From Haliotis rufescens (Eukaryota), in NCBI RefSeq assembly GCF_023055435.1, contig NW_025963779.1, positions 64,418,001-64,482,000 of the forward strand: a stretch of DNA of 64,000 bases, written 5' to 3'. Below are positions 1-14,100 of the stretch, piece by piece. The translations under genes were made by a program, and so were the position numbers. The first letter of the stretch is position 1, and every line of letters starts with the position of its first letter. The notes below the pieces were generated by a model, which saw only the letters and a list, made by a program, of their open reading frames with translations, made no database searches and was not told the origin of the DNA.

Positions 1-37
1 CGGGTGTGACTGTTTTTACTAATCCGAACTTTTAGTG

Positions 38-262
38 CTAGCCATGCAGTTGATATTGCATGCCACAGTTTGACATGAATACCCAACTCGGACACATAAT
101 GATACTGTTTCCGAACCGACCTGTCCTTGTTTTCCCGTAATTGTCGAACGCCAGGTAACAACAAGTACCACCTCTTAGCGTCTTTTTGGTATGACGTGGC
201 CAGGGGATCGAACCACCGACCTTCCCCTCACCCGACATACGCGTTATCCACCAGACCATTGG
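38..262 (-). mobile_element. SINE family D copy
   Basis: Reverse-complement match to 63717-63950. Confidence 0.65.
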
Positions 263-828
263 TAAACTATATAACACTGCTTTCAATGTTTGTTCGTGGA
301 ACTTGTTCCGGCACTACATAAGCACGCGCTATGGTATGACACAATGTGTAATACAGCTGTATGTTTATTAAACAGGTGGTCTCTTCACGGGCAAGTAATA
401 AAAGAAAAATATTATATACTTGTATTAAGTATTTCATTGATAGAAAAGATATCTCTTAGGTAAAGTTGTGTCTCTTCGGTGACATTTGTGTCTAATTTTA
501 GATTGTACGTCCCACCTAAGGTGTCATAACACTTGAGCCAGCAAAGGTACATGCAACTTTTTGATGATTAATTACTGTGTGACCAGATATATGCTCTCGG
601 CCCTATTAAAAGTACATTACGTAATCTAGAAAAATTAAATGCACCTCGTTCATATTTTATAGTCCATAATACTGACCTTTCAATAAATATCATTCTTTCG
701 CACTTAAGAAAGTCAACCCAAACTTTGAACAAAAATAAATGCACTCTGGAACAGGACATTCATTATTATCTTTTGGATTGATTACAAGAATTCGTTTGTA
801 AACACTGATTACCTCCCTTCTGTTGTTT

Positions 829-867
829 CCGGAAGTGACGTCCGTGGAGAAAATGGCTGTAGAATGA
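829..867 (+). promoter_or_regulatory. Probable UBAP1 core promoter and non-coding first exon
   Basis: CCGGAAGTGACGTC (overlapping ETS and CRE motifs) at 829-842, a YY1-like AAAATGGC at about 850, then a GT donor at 868. Lies 1.3 kb upstream of the first coding exon. Confidence 0.5.
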
Positions 868-2164
868 GTAAAAGGGAACTAGATGTCAAGATCTTGTGAC
901 GATTTCGCAATGGTTTCATTGGAGATAAACTGATGTGTGAGTTCTGATTCCGATTATTTAGAAACAATTTAGCCTCGGTTGTATCCCTAAAGGGTTTCCT
1001 CTTTTGTTTAACAACTATCGTGCAGGCCAGGCCTAGGCTAGTTTACATCGCACAAGAAGAAGAGACAGCTGAGAGATGGTACATGTTGAAAAAGTGCTAC
1101 ACAAATATGTTGTCAATGTTGCCTCGAGGAAACAGGAGCACGTTTACATCTCTTTGGAACTCATGTTTGGGAGTCTTGATTGTGACGAGTACTATCACAT
1201 TATGGCTTCCTGTCAGGTTCCGGATAACCTAAAAATATCTCGTAATTATCTTACAACTTCGAGGTCCATCATGTTTATGTTGTTATTTATGGCTTCACAC
1301 AATAGAATTATTTTAGTTTAAATTTTTTTTATATTTGTCAATTGTTTGAATGTGTGTGTATGTTGGAAAGGAATCTTGGCCACCTATTACCACAACCCGC
1401 AATATTTAAGAATTGACTTTCACTTTGTGTGAGTTCATTTAGCAGATGAACACACTATGTTTTAAATAGAGTTAACCATGCTCAATTTAATTATTTGGAA
1501 TCAAATGTGCAGTGTGAGGTTTCAAATTTAATTTTTTTATTAATTTATATTTTAATATGATTAAATTGCGTAAAAAATGATTAAATCTTTTATACTTTTA
1601 TAAATGAATGTATTTAGTAGTCAAATGATTTTTCCAATTTCCCCCAAATAGTCATTTCCCCAATGACCCATATATATTTTATTTTAAACAACCTACCAAC
1701 AATGACTGAAAAAAAGGATGTTTCTATCAATATTAGTTTCAGCAGTGCTACGTCTGCCAAATTGTCTTGAAAGACATATGAACGTTGGGAGTGCACATGC
1801 TGTGCAAATCGTGCAACCAGCAGAAATCTCTGCACAACAGTTGACAAACCGGATATCGATTTCGTTAGCAATTTTGATTGGACTATGCATAGACGTTAGT
1901 CCAGCCAAAATCTTACTCCATACTTCAAGCCTTGTTCGGCAAGGGTAGAAACTGGACTTTTATAGTCAGTTGACTCCCTTGCCTCAGGAAGATGTAAATA
2001 ACATTGAGCATGTTGAGCTATGGGCCTCTAATTCTAAGAATGTTCATACTTAAGTTGTACCCCTGTGTACATTTGTGAATAATATCACTTTTTCTTGCCT
2101 ACAATTCAGCAGGTTCAGAAACACTGACTCTGGTGTGTTCCATTTCTTGCAGATCACAAGAGAA

Positions 2165-5100
2165 ATGGCTTACTCATACAACAGAAGTCATTCTAGAAAT
2201 TCCAGCACAGGTATGTACTGATTATTTCATTCTCATCTTCTTTTAAACATCAGTCAGCATGTGTAAAGTGATTAACATGATAAACATGATAAAGTGCATT
2301 GACATTTGAAGATGCAAAAATCAAACTCGCTCACTCAACATGCTCAACTACCTGGCACACTGACGATTTACAGCTGGCAGTGTCAAGTATAATGCAGCGG
2401 ATGAAAATATGAACTTTTTTAATATTAATTTTCACTACTAATTAGTGTTTGGTGTAACAGCCATTAAAGTAAACATTTAAGGTATGAATCGATATTTTTT
2501 ACTTCATGTGCGACTAAGAAGTAAGATTGATACTTGTATCGGGAAGTAAAATATCGCGATCCAGCGATGCATTGGTGTATTGCCCCACCACTAATGAACA
2601 CACCTATTTGTAACCTGTGTATGCATGGCAGGGGTAGATGTCATTGGTAATATGTAACTAGTCCACAGTTCATTTCGGTCTAGTGATGTAGGCATTTGTG
2701 TAAACACGGAACGTGACTGCTAAACATGTTAAATGCATGTTTGTTGAATTGGACAGATGTTGGATAATAAATGAGTCTGGCTCTCCTGGCTGACTTTTTG
2801 ATCATGGTTATTGGATGACGTTTCAGGTCTAGCATCCAGTAATTCTTGTCTCGATGGAGTGCCTTTTAAAGTGGGACCGAAATTCAAACCGCCACCAAGG
2901 GTAAGTTTTAGCATTTTGTTAACAACTATGACCTGAGAAATGCATGCTTCAGAATAAATAGTAGATGAACATCGGAATGTTAACTTTAATTTTTAAACTT
3001 ACCCTATCTCACACTTTGCATTTCTTCCTTCTTCTTTCGATCCTTATGTGGAAAAAAACGTTTCCAGCTATTAAAAGCAGTTCACCCGAACTTACGGGAT
3101 TACTTTGCGTGACCCATTTGTTGGGGTAGTGACCATGGTGATGCTTGGATGTGTTTGGGCGAATTATTTTTAGAAGCTGGAAACTTTATTCAACCTTGTT
3201 TTCACATAAGGATCGGAAAAATTAGGAAGAAATGCATAGTGTGAGATAGGATAAGTATATAGAAATATAACTTAATGTAAAATTTACAAATTGTTGACAA
3301 GAAATTGTATTCAATATGATCCATTGTTTCATTATCAGCGACTATGTTCGTCATGTTCATGAAAGTCATTCATGTTTCTATTATAATTACGATCATGACA
3401 ATCGACATGATCAGCAACATGGTATCAGGGCTTGATTTAGCTATGTATGAATATAATAACATGCACTGTTGCAACCTGTAATTGCAAAATGCAATCAAAT
3501 ATTTTTGTCTGCATGAACCAAGTGCATGTCAGTATATTTCAAATTTTTTCATGACTTGTCCACACAACATCGATCACACTCAACAAATATCTCAATACCT
3601 CTACGTTTTATTTACCATACATCGCTAATCCCTGTGTTGTGGGTAATTTGTCATGCTTTCTTGGGCTTGAGGTCATCAAACTGTGGGTACAGTGCCCATG
3701 TTCGTAAAATGTATTACATCTAACAGCAATACGTCTCTAATTTATGTGACACTTGTCGCAGATTGGCCTATGTTTGAACTTATGTTTGAACTTTGATCAT
3801 TTATGGGACCAGAGTGCAATCTGGTTTTGTTTGGTGTAAATAGGTTTTCATGTCAACATGCACATGGTGCAAATCTTTAAATCTGGGTCAAAGTAGAAGG
3901 TTTGAGGTGTACACAAATGTTCATCTCATAAAATCCTGTATGCCCCACTGGTGACACATGGAACATATTTATCATTATGTGTAACAAAGACTTATTATTG
4001 GTGAGATTGATTGGTTTGTTGTTTAACACCGCACTCAGCAATAGTACAGCTATATGACGGCGGTCTGTAAATAATCGAGTCTGGACCAGACAATCCAGTG
4101 ATTGGTATCATGAGCATCGATCCACGTAATTGGGATCAATGACATGCATCAACCAAGCCATAGAGCCTGACCACCCAATCCCATTAGTCACCTCCTCTTA
4201 TAAGCATAGTCGCCTTTTACGGCAAGCATGTATTGGTGAGAATATGGTTCTGTGACAATAACCTCTATCGTGTGACCGACTTACAGTGTCGTAACACTAA
4301 CAGGATCAATTATGACGTGACAAGCAAGTGATGCTACATCAAAGGTTATATCATGAAGTCATGACAAGACAGCAACTGGCCAATCAGATAGCTGGATTCT
4401 TTAACAAATAATTGGGGGCCCAGTCGTCTAAGGTGCCGCAGTTTGTTGTACAAATTTGCGTCAATTTAGGCACGTGATGATCGTGGGTTTGAATCCTGCT
4501 TTCCCACAATTATTACATTTCAATGTTTGTCAGCACCATACCCATGTCATGGGTTTCATCAAAGTGGTAAATGTCTGAGCACTTTGGGCTTTCCTCCCTT
4601 ATTAAGCTGACACATCATTATATGATCATGAATTCTGTTCAAAGCGGCATTAAAGCAGACTTGCCTGCTTACAGGTGTTACAAGCAGTGTTCGAAGGATG
4701 CACCTGACGTAGGCCTGTGGCAGGCAGATCTTGTGTTGGGCTCATAGTTTCAAATTTGCATGGGTCCCTATGGCCTGCAGTCAATTTATGTGTCTATTTA
4801 TTTGTCACAATAAGCTGCAGTTATTTAAATGAGGACCTAAAGATTTTTCCTCGGGCCTGCAGCTTCTAAAATCTGTGGGTCCTGATGGTAGCCTGGCAGT
4901 TTTTTTTACTACTTACTTTTTACACTACTTAAGGGGCATTCACACGGTACAACTAGTTGTATACAATTTGTTGCATGCAACACATTGCATCGTGTGAATG
5001 GGCAAGTCGGTCCAACTTTTGACGCATGCAACTTGTTGGACGTGAGTTGTACGGAATAGGACATGCTCTATTTTCATGCGACAAGTTGTACGTACGCAGC

Positions 5101-8100
5101 CAATCAAAACGCGTATCCAAATCACGTGATATTTTCACCTCCAAATGTAAACAATCATGGCGACCCCAGCGTCCCGCTTGAAGAAATTTGAGATGTCTAG
5201 AGTGGAAACGGAGCGGTTTATCGGCTATTATGCGTCCCATGATTGCTTGTGGAATGTATCCAGTCCATTTTATTCCAAGCGGGAACACCGACAAGCAGCC
5301 TACATCTCTATTGCAGAGATGATGGGTAATGGGATTACAGGTGAGAATTGATGAACATGATATGCGAAGTATCAGCTGGTGACACACGGCATTTGTAGAA
5401 GCTGTACTCGTTTTCGGGTATTATGACAATGCGGAAATGGTTAGTTTGGTACATGTGTACACATAGAAGGGTCAGATAACGATTTCATACTTCTAATTCA
5501 TTGTTTTATGTGATGAACTCTGACCTCTTACTTCGGCGATTGATAGGTGTGTACAACGTACGTCTGCTCTTCGAGCGTGTTCAGACAGATCAACGAACAT
5601 AAAATGAATCAGAAATACGTGTTCAGCTTGAAATGATGTTGAATTTGAGAAGCTATATCTCATACTATGTGCAGTCACCGATATATGTTATTACAACCCT
5701 TTTTAATGTCGATGCACGCTTTTCTGTTTACACTATTTGACCTACATGCGAGAGGCTCCATTGGAGTGATACATGTCATGCTAATGTTGGAATAGAGACC
5801 GCTTAAGTATGTTATTCTATGAAATGATAAGGAATATTCCGGCTCAGTGATTAATTATATTTTATCTGGATATTTTACAACAATGAAATATTAACAATCA
5901 ATCATATTGTACAGCTGCATATATACATACAAAAATCATTTAAATTATATTAGCAACAATTCATATCACAGTTAATTCAAGTAGACATATATTTCCATGA
6001 TGATTTTCAGACATGATCATAAAGTACATGAGCATATTCCAAATAACAGTCTTACAAATAGTCTTACTTTGTCATGTGTGTGTGTTATCAATCATTATGT
6101 TAATTCCACACAGTTCTATAATGTTATCAGATTGTTCACACTAATGAACTCAAGTTCATGTTTATTTATGTTCTTATGTAATAAAACCTAAATTGCTCTG
6201 TGTTGTGTATCTTAATCTTAATAAATTCAGTCCCTAAATGTAATATTGAATTACATTCACTCCATCAGTAAACATTGTTAAAGAATCCAACTACCCGTCA
6301 CTTTCTTGTTTCCAGCATTTGATACTAATATGACAATATTTATGTCTCTTCTAGTTGATCAAGTCCCAACTAAAATTTCTACCTTACGAACATACTATGG
6401 TAAGGAGCTGAGGAAGGAGACCCTGTCCAAGAAGAGTGGAGCAGGGACCGATGAGGTCTATGTTTCCACATGGGAATGGTTCCAACTTCTGGATCCATTT
6501 CTGAGGAGGCAGGTTCATCAAAAGAACACAGTGAACAACATGGTTGGTGTCATGAAAATAGGCATATTTATCATTATCATTATTTTGTTGATAAAATTCA
6601 TTCAAATGAGGGCGGCCTGTGGTTAAAGGGTTCGCTTGTCACGCCGAAGACCTTGGGTTCGATTCCCGACATGGGTACAATGTGTGATATACATCTGTAC
6701 TATAGGTAAAGGGTATTAGAAATATAACTTTAGATGACATGGTCCCATTGCCACTGAACCTGACCATTTGTAGAGAAATATTCTGCAAATTCCTCTCTAA
6801 CAGTTCTTGCATTGGCAGTGTTTCTGTTTCCCCCTTGCTGGACAAGTGATGTTGCTCTACTCTCTCTTACAACAGAAATATCAGTGCTATTTGATTCTGT
6901 GTATACATTGTCACATTTTGTGCGAAGAAAGTTGTGAAGAGCCACAGATGCCATAACAATCTTAATGCCATTTTCAGGTTCAACAGTAATAGTTCTTTGA
7001 AATACAGCAAATCTGTTTACAAGTATGCCAAATGCATTTTCAGAGACACGTCTAGCTCTAGAAAGGCGATAATTGAAGACCTTTTTGTCCTCTGTAGTAT
7101 CTCTAAAGGGAAATGGTTTCATGATATATGTCTTTAGTGGGAAAGCATCATCCCCAACAATGACATGGGGCACAGGTTCTTGGCGTCCAGTAAGGGGGGA
7201 AGGGGGTGGTACATTCAGAGTATTGTTCTCCATAGCTGCATACAATGAGGAGTTTGCAAATATACCTGCATCACTGGCTCTTCCATTGGCTCCTATGTCA
7301 ACATAAATAAACTTATAATTTGCATCAACAAGGGCCAACAAAACAATGCTGAAGAAATTTTTATAATTGTAATACAATGATCCAGAGTTTGTAGGGGCCC
7401 GAATGGCAATGTGTTTCCCATCCAGTGCTCCTATACAGTGTGGGAATTGCCACTTGTCACTGAATCCCTGACTAATGTCTGCCCATTCCTGTTCTGTGGT
7501 TGGAACCTGAAATTGGAAATAAAAAATAAAGGATAACATTGGAACCTTAAATTTACAGAACAGCTCAGAGAGACAAGACACAGATGAACAGGAGCAAAGC
7601 AGCGCCTCTGACAGTTTGTTCACAAGTCAAATGGATACAGAAGACTGCCCTTCTCTGCCCCTGGCAGAGTCAACACCAATCAAGAAAGCAAGGCGCTCAG
7701 ACAATAACAGTTTGCAAACACAAGTTCTGCAAACACTGAAATCACTTGAGCAAAGAAGGGCAGCAAAAGAGAATAGTGGGGACATGTTGTTTGCTAAATA
7801 CATAGCGAGTGAATTAACAAATGTCACCAATGACAGAAAGAGACAAGAATTAAAAATAAAAATACAACAATTAATTTTTGAAGCTCAGTTAGACAACTGA
7901 AGTGGAACTGTTATTTAGAGGTTATTTATGATGCACAATTTGAAAAACATGAGAGTTTTGACCAAATCTTGTATATGTATTAATCAGGGGATGATGTGGT
8001 GCATTTTGTCAATTAGAATTTTTTTAAAAATTCATGTTTCCATGGCAACAATTTTTACTTTGACTCTGTACATAGTGGTGTGTTTTTCCAGACCATATCC

Positions 8101-11100
8101 AGACCAGTACTCTTTCTTGAAACTGTACACACACAAAAGACCAGGTTGTCAACTGGTGCCTATGCTATTTATATTGTTTTCAATAAACTTTGCTTTCAGG
8201 AAATAATTTTTAATAAAAATATCAACAATACCTTCAGGTAATCATCCTTCAATGAGTCATAAATCGCTTGGCAGACATGAGGAATAAATCCACATATTGT
8301 GTTGCTTGGTATTCTGTATAGATATTCCAGTGACTTGTAACTATCTCCTGTTGAAAATTAAAAAAACCATAAAAATATGTATTCATAGATTATCATTATA
8401 GCATCACTCAATCTTGGAGATAACATTACCTACCATAAAAAGATGTAATACAAAGTAGAATTTAAACTTAAATCAATTATTATATCATTTACAATTGCAT
8501 ACCCACTTCATGTAGTACATATGTACTAATTTTCACATCTTTGAATCAATAACAAATGTAAATGAAACTGTTTCATGGCATCTGGTTATTTACACACTTG
8601 TGTCAATTATTATATCACTTTGATATATACAGTTCACAATAATAATTGATGAAAATATGTCATGATCTGAACTTGTAATTATTTTTTTATAGAATAAAAA
8701 CAACATTAATTCTAACTAACATTTCTAATTAATAAATTCTAAGTAACAGACCCAGAATGAGAATGTAAATGCCAAAGATGGTGGTTGTGTCTCTTAATGT
8801 TAACATGCCAATTTAAAGTGCCTATGTATTGGTGTCAAATAAAGAATTGTTTGCGGGTTTTGAATAATTTAATTGAGTAAAATGTAATAAGAAAAATATT
8901 TTGAAATAATAAAGCTGTATGTGATCAATTGTGCGAAGAAGAAATTGTCTGCACTTAACATATTTATATTTCAAAACAGACACTTCACATTGATGAAATA
9001 TACCTGAACATGTACAAAATAAATACAATTCATCTTCAAAATGAGCGTTTATGTTTTCTATGGCAATACATTAAAGATAATAGACTTACAGTGGAAAATC
9101 AAGCATTCTCATTCACCCATACTCAGTTTTACTGTTTGCCTATATACTGGTATGATGAGATGTAGCAATGTGTTTGTTGGAGGTAGTGATTGGCCTAATC
9201 TTTATTTTAGGTAACGTAACAGATACAATAACATATGCGAAAAGCTGGCGGGCACACAGTTAGACCCTCGTTCAAAGCTCCTCGCACACTTATTCCGTTG
9301 ATGCATAACAAGCGATTATGCCATTGTACAATGTGAGGAGCATTTGCCTGTTCATCGTGTCCTTGCCCTTCAATAACAGCTGATCACGGGTAAACAATAG
9401 ATCTCTTTTCGCAAGAGTATACTTACCGGTGGCTAGATAGCGGAGAGTAATGGCCAACTTCTCACCGGGTGGAATGGCATCACGCATGGGGGTGTCTGTT
9501 TTGGCAATAAGAGGTGACACGCGATCTAGGAGATCGGTGAAGCTTGACTTGTTCATGCGAAGAAAATTGGAGAAGGCCTTTGTATCCTCGGCTTCGAGCT
9601 CAGCCAAAAGAGCGCTGTATGCTCCAAATTGCCCTCGCCTAGCAATCCATGGCCTGACCCAACATGACCGCTTGGTTCTTACTTGTGAACAATCCACAAG
9701 CAACGCAACTGTGGCAATCTCAAGTATATCGTCATCGCTATCATAGTCATACGCGGACGCCATGACGTAATGTAAACATCGTCTTAAAAATTGAGATCTC
9801 GCGAGATCCGAGTTGTATGCAACTCGCCGCCGTGTGAATGCCGAGTTGTATACAACTTCAGTTCGTGCAACTAGTTGCATGCAACAAATTGTATACAACT
9901 AGTTGTACCGTGTGAATGCCCCTTTACATAATGTAGTTCTTTATTTCACCTATGATTCCATCACTCATACAAGTTTTTAATGATTTTGCCAATTTGCAGG
10001 TTTTCCTACCACCTGAGTTGAGGGATACAGCCAGTGCCTCACAAGTTGTGAATGATGAAGTAGGTGCAATACAGTTGTCACTTCAGGCTTTAAAAAAATA
10101 AAATAAATGGTTCTCAGGCAAATAAACAGATGTTGTGGGAAAGGGCCTTCCAACATAAATGTATTCCTTGCCTGAGTAAAATACTGGAATATAGTATTTG
10201 TCTACCGTTGGACTTTATATTTGAGGATTTTTTTATTTAAAAAAAAAATGGAAATAGAAATAAAACGTGCGGCAAACTTCATGATGATGCAGGAGGTGCC
10301 TGGGAACCAAGACTATTACTTTTTTTAATTCTAATATCTAAGACAGAACACACCAAGTTAAACTGCAGGTAACATGAAACTCTGTTCTGTCATTTGTGAC
10401 TTGAGTGAGGGTGGTTTTGTCCTGGGACCATTAGATTCCGTTGATAGGGATGTTCCCGATGACTAACTTAGACAATTTTAGTGTCGTCCACCCTAAATAA
10501 TCAATCAAGTGACACCACAAACATGGCAATGCTTATTTTGTGACAGTGATGTAATTGTGATATATCTATGGGATGGTTGATGAAGTGCTTGCTCAGGATT
10601 CTGAAGTTGTGGGTTTGATTCCCACATGGGTAAAATGTGTGTCCATGTCTTGTGCACCTTCCCTGAACTTCCTGAAATTTTGCTGAAGCTGCATTCACTG
10701 CCACTATTATCCTGATTATTTCTATGCTGCTGTTTTTTCCAGTACCTGTTTGAGACGGAAGATGCAGTGTTGCGGTGGGCACAAGCCAGAGAAGAGGCCA
10801 AGGTGGAACAAGAGAGGCTGAAGGCAGAAAAAGTGGCCAATGCCATCCAGGAGTTATCTCAGCCACAGGATTCAGATGACAGTGATAGCTCAGATGGGGG
10901 GGAAAACGGAACAGCTGAGGCACCATTCCAGGGAAGTGCATTACTCCCCCAGCAAGCACCTGCACTTCAGCCCCAGCCAGCCCTTGCTACAATGTCCAAT
11001 GATATCCTCACACCAGTTCCTATCATGCCAGCAAAGACTGTTGAACCAGCTCAACAAGAAACCACAAAAACTGTTGACCTTGATCTCGCCCTGTTTGAGA

Positions 11101-14100
11101 GGGAGGATGACCCATTTGAGAATGTTGAACGTCAGTTGATAAATGAAATGGAGGAGCTCAAAACTCTGTTAGGGCCTCTAAATAATCCACCATCAGACTT
11201 GTCGCCTAGCAACAATACAACTAACTGTGATACCAACATGTCAAATAACACGTGCAACAGTCCTGCTCTTAATGGCGCCATGTCAAAAACAGATGTACAG
11301 AGCACAACAGCACAACAGCCTGGCAGTGATGGGGAGAGGTTGGACAGACACAGTCCAGCACCAGTGTTCGTTCCTCAGAGTCAGCCCTTTGAGGAGGGCG
11401 ACTATGTTGAACTGAGGCTAGACTACAACAGTCAAGGGAGTAACAGTGTCTCCTTCAAGGCCAGTGACAAAGAGACAGTGGACAGTGTTGACAACAGCAG
11501 CCCCAGAGTTGATCCTGCTGCTAGCAATAAGATATACAGACAAGTGTTACCCCCTATAGGTACCCCCATGTCCAAAGTCCGACCAGTGTTGTCCCCAGGG
11601 CTTGATAGTTTAGCGAAGACATTAAGTGAAAACACTGTCCCTGAGCCCAGTGCGGCGGCTGTAGCGGCGAACCCGTCGGCTGTTAGCAATGGCGTATTGA
11701 ACAAGTACAGTCGACATTGTGAGACTTCTTCTGTCACATGTGCACAACAGAGTGAGGCAAGTATGAGAACGGCCCGAAGTAACCCTGACTTGTACTCCGA
11801 TCATAGCAACGTGTCTACCGTGTATCCTCTCTCTTACTCACCACCGTCAAGACCGTCGTCAGGACAGGTGGGTTGCCTGCAGTTTAGGAACATGGCTGAA
11901 ATGCCTACTGACACCCTGGCCCTGTATAAATCATACCCCTTGACCTACAGTGTCAGCTTTGTTGAGATCATATTGACACAGTGATGATGGGCTATTTGAT
12001 TCTTTACAGCATTACCATCAGTGCTAATCAGTGGCCGATGCTTATTTAATTATGCTGGATGAGTGAGTTATTACCAGATTTATAATATTCCTGATATATG
12101 CACGCATTAGTTAATACCAGACTAATAACATACCTGACTTATGCATGCATGCATGCATGATTCTTTGCATACATCCTATTTCTGTTGTTTGTCTGATTGT
12201 TGTAAGAAATTGCACGTTACCATGGTTACATTTAATTACGGTAACCATGCTACGAACTATTCCAACTACTAATATTGTCTGTAATATATCGTTGTTTCTT
12301 TGTTGTTTTTGGTTTTGACTCTTCAGGAGTTTGAAGTCAGGTCTTTTGTTTGATCAATTTTACAAGCTATCAAAAATAATTATTTTAATCTGATCTAATA
12401 AGATTGTGATAAACATGATAAACATTTCCTTCTTAATAATTATATTATTATTACAAGTATTAGACCTCATATTGATATAATTTTTCCTAGTATCCTAAGT
12501 TTATGCTTCAGCCTCATGACCTAAATGTTGTGTATATTTGCTTGCAGACCTGGAACCCCTACAAGCCCCTGCCCCCGACACCTGACGTCATGTCCTCCTC
12601 GGTGCACTCCTCCTCCAGCAGCTCGGACCTCACCAGTCCCTCCGAGTTTGACCCGTACACAACCCTCTCCAGCGAGGCGCAGAAGTTTGCTGCTAACCTC
12701 ATCTCCATGGGCTTCTCTCGACCACAGGTGGCTCGAGCTGTACATAAACAGGGAACAGACGAAAAACAGGTGAGGACTGCATGCTTATTTAATTAACTTG
12801 TTTTGGTTTTTTTAAAAACTCTTTTATCTATATCAGATCTGTGGGCATAATATTCTTTACATTTATATGGTTACCTTTACATTGAAATTGTGGTAAATTG
12901 GCAGGAAGCTAAAAAAATAGAAATAAATAAACATCATATTTAAATTCAATGTCATTACATTAAGTAATACGTTACCACTGTTATACCGAGGCTGTTGTCT
13001 CCCACAACTGCTGCTATAGCGAAATCTACCACAGAGATCTCAATTACCTCATGCAGCACGTGCGTAACCACCTAGCTGCCATGTGACACCCTTCACTCTT
13101 GTCTCCTTCGTCTGCTTAGCAAGACGTGTTTTCTCCTGCTGAAGCGTTCCTTGAAGATTTGGTGATATTTATTATAGTTTATTCTCTAATAAACTGTGTT
13201 TTTATGGGTCGTTGCGGTAGCTACGCTTGGTTATAATTTTCCCGCCAAACGAAAAAATTTTCCCGCCCTTTTTTCTATATACTTGCGGGGTTCGCGTATG
13301 CACGTTGTGTTTTACGTTTCCCCTGTTCTTGTATGTTTTGGGGGTTAACATAACTTATTTCTTTAATAAAAGTTATATGTGTATGTTATATGTTCACATT
13401 GCTCGTTTATTTTCTTGTGAAAATGTTCGTTTGTGAATCATTGTGGTGCGTGCGTTGTAACCATGTTTTGTTCTTTGTTTATAGCAAACAATCAATGTCT
13501 GACATGGATATGTCCCCAGTATCCACCCCCTCTACCCCTGCTCCTAGGAGTTGTGGGGTGTGCAGAAAGTTTTTGTCGTCCCGGGATCCCCACGATCGTT
13601 GCCCGCGGTGCAGGGTTCCTTGCGGGGACACCCGGTGCATCCTGTGCGAAGGTCTGGGGCCTGCGGAGTTTGAGCGGTACCGGCTGTACGTACAGTCCGT
13701 CTCCACCCCTGTGGTGGCCGGTTCGTCCGGTCGGGGTCCCCGTGCGGGTACCACCTCCTCGGCTGCGGCGGATCCCCTTGCGGCCCTCGGGCTGTCTGGG
13801 GATTCCGTCGCCGCATTGTTGTCGAAACTTGTGGACTCCAAGCTGGCGGCCTTATCGCAAGATAGGCCGCTGGCTGTTCCGTCCCCGGCCTCTTCGGTGG
13901 CCGCGGGGTCCACCGGTAAAGCGGCGGATCTCTTGGCGGCCCGTGTGCTGTCCGGGGATTCCGTCGCTGCATTACTTGCATAACTTGTGGACTCCAAGCT
14001 GGCGGCCTTATCTCAGGATAGGCCGCTGGCTGTTCCGTCCCCGGCCACTTCGGTGGCCGCGGGGTCCACCGGTACGGCGGCGGCTCCCGTGGTCACCGGT

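Larger units (their letters stand above)
4932..9923. mobile_element. Full-length PIF/Harbinger DNA transposon in a UBAP1 intron
   Basis: Perfect 50-bp TIRs AGGGGCATTCACACGG... (4932-4981 and 9874-9923), TTA target-site duplication (4929-4931 and 9924-9926), and both Harbinger-type genes inside. Confidence 0.95.

Noticed and set aside
6730-7623. Domesticated host HARBI1 gene
   Set aside because: It lies between perfect TIRs with a TSD and a partner MADF gene, so it is a transposon.
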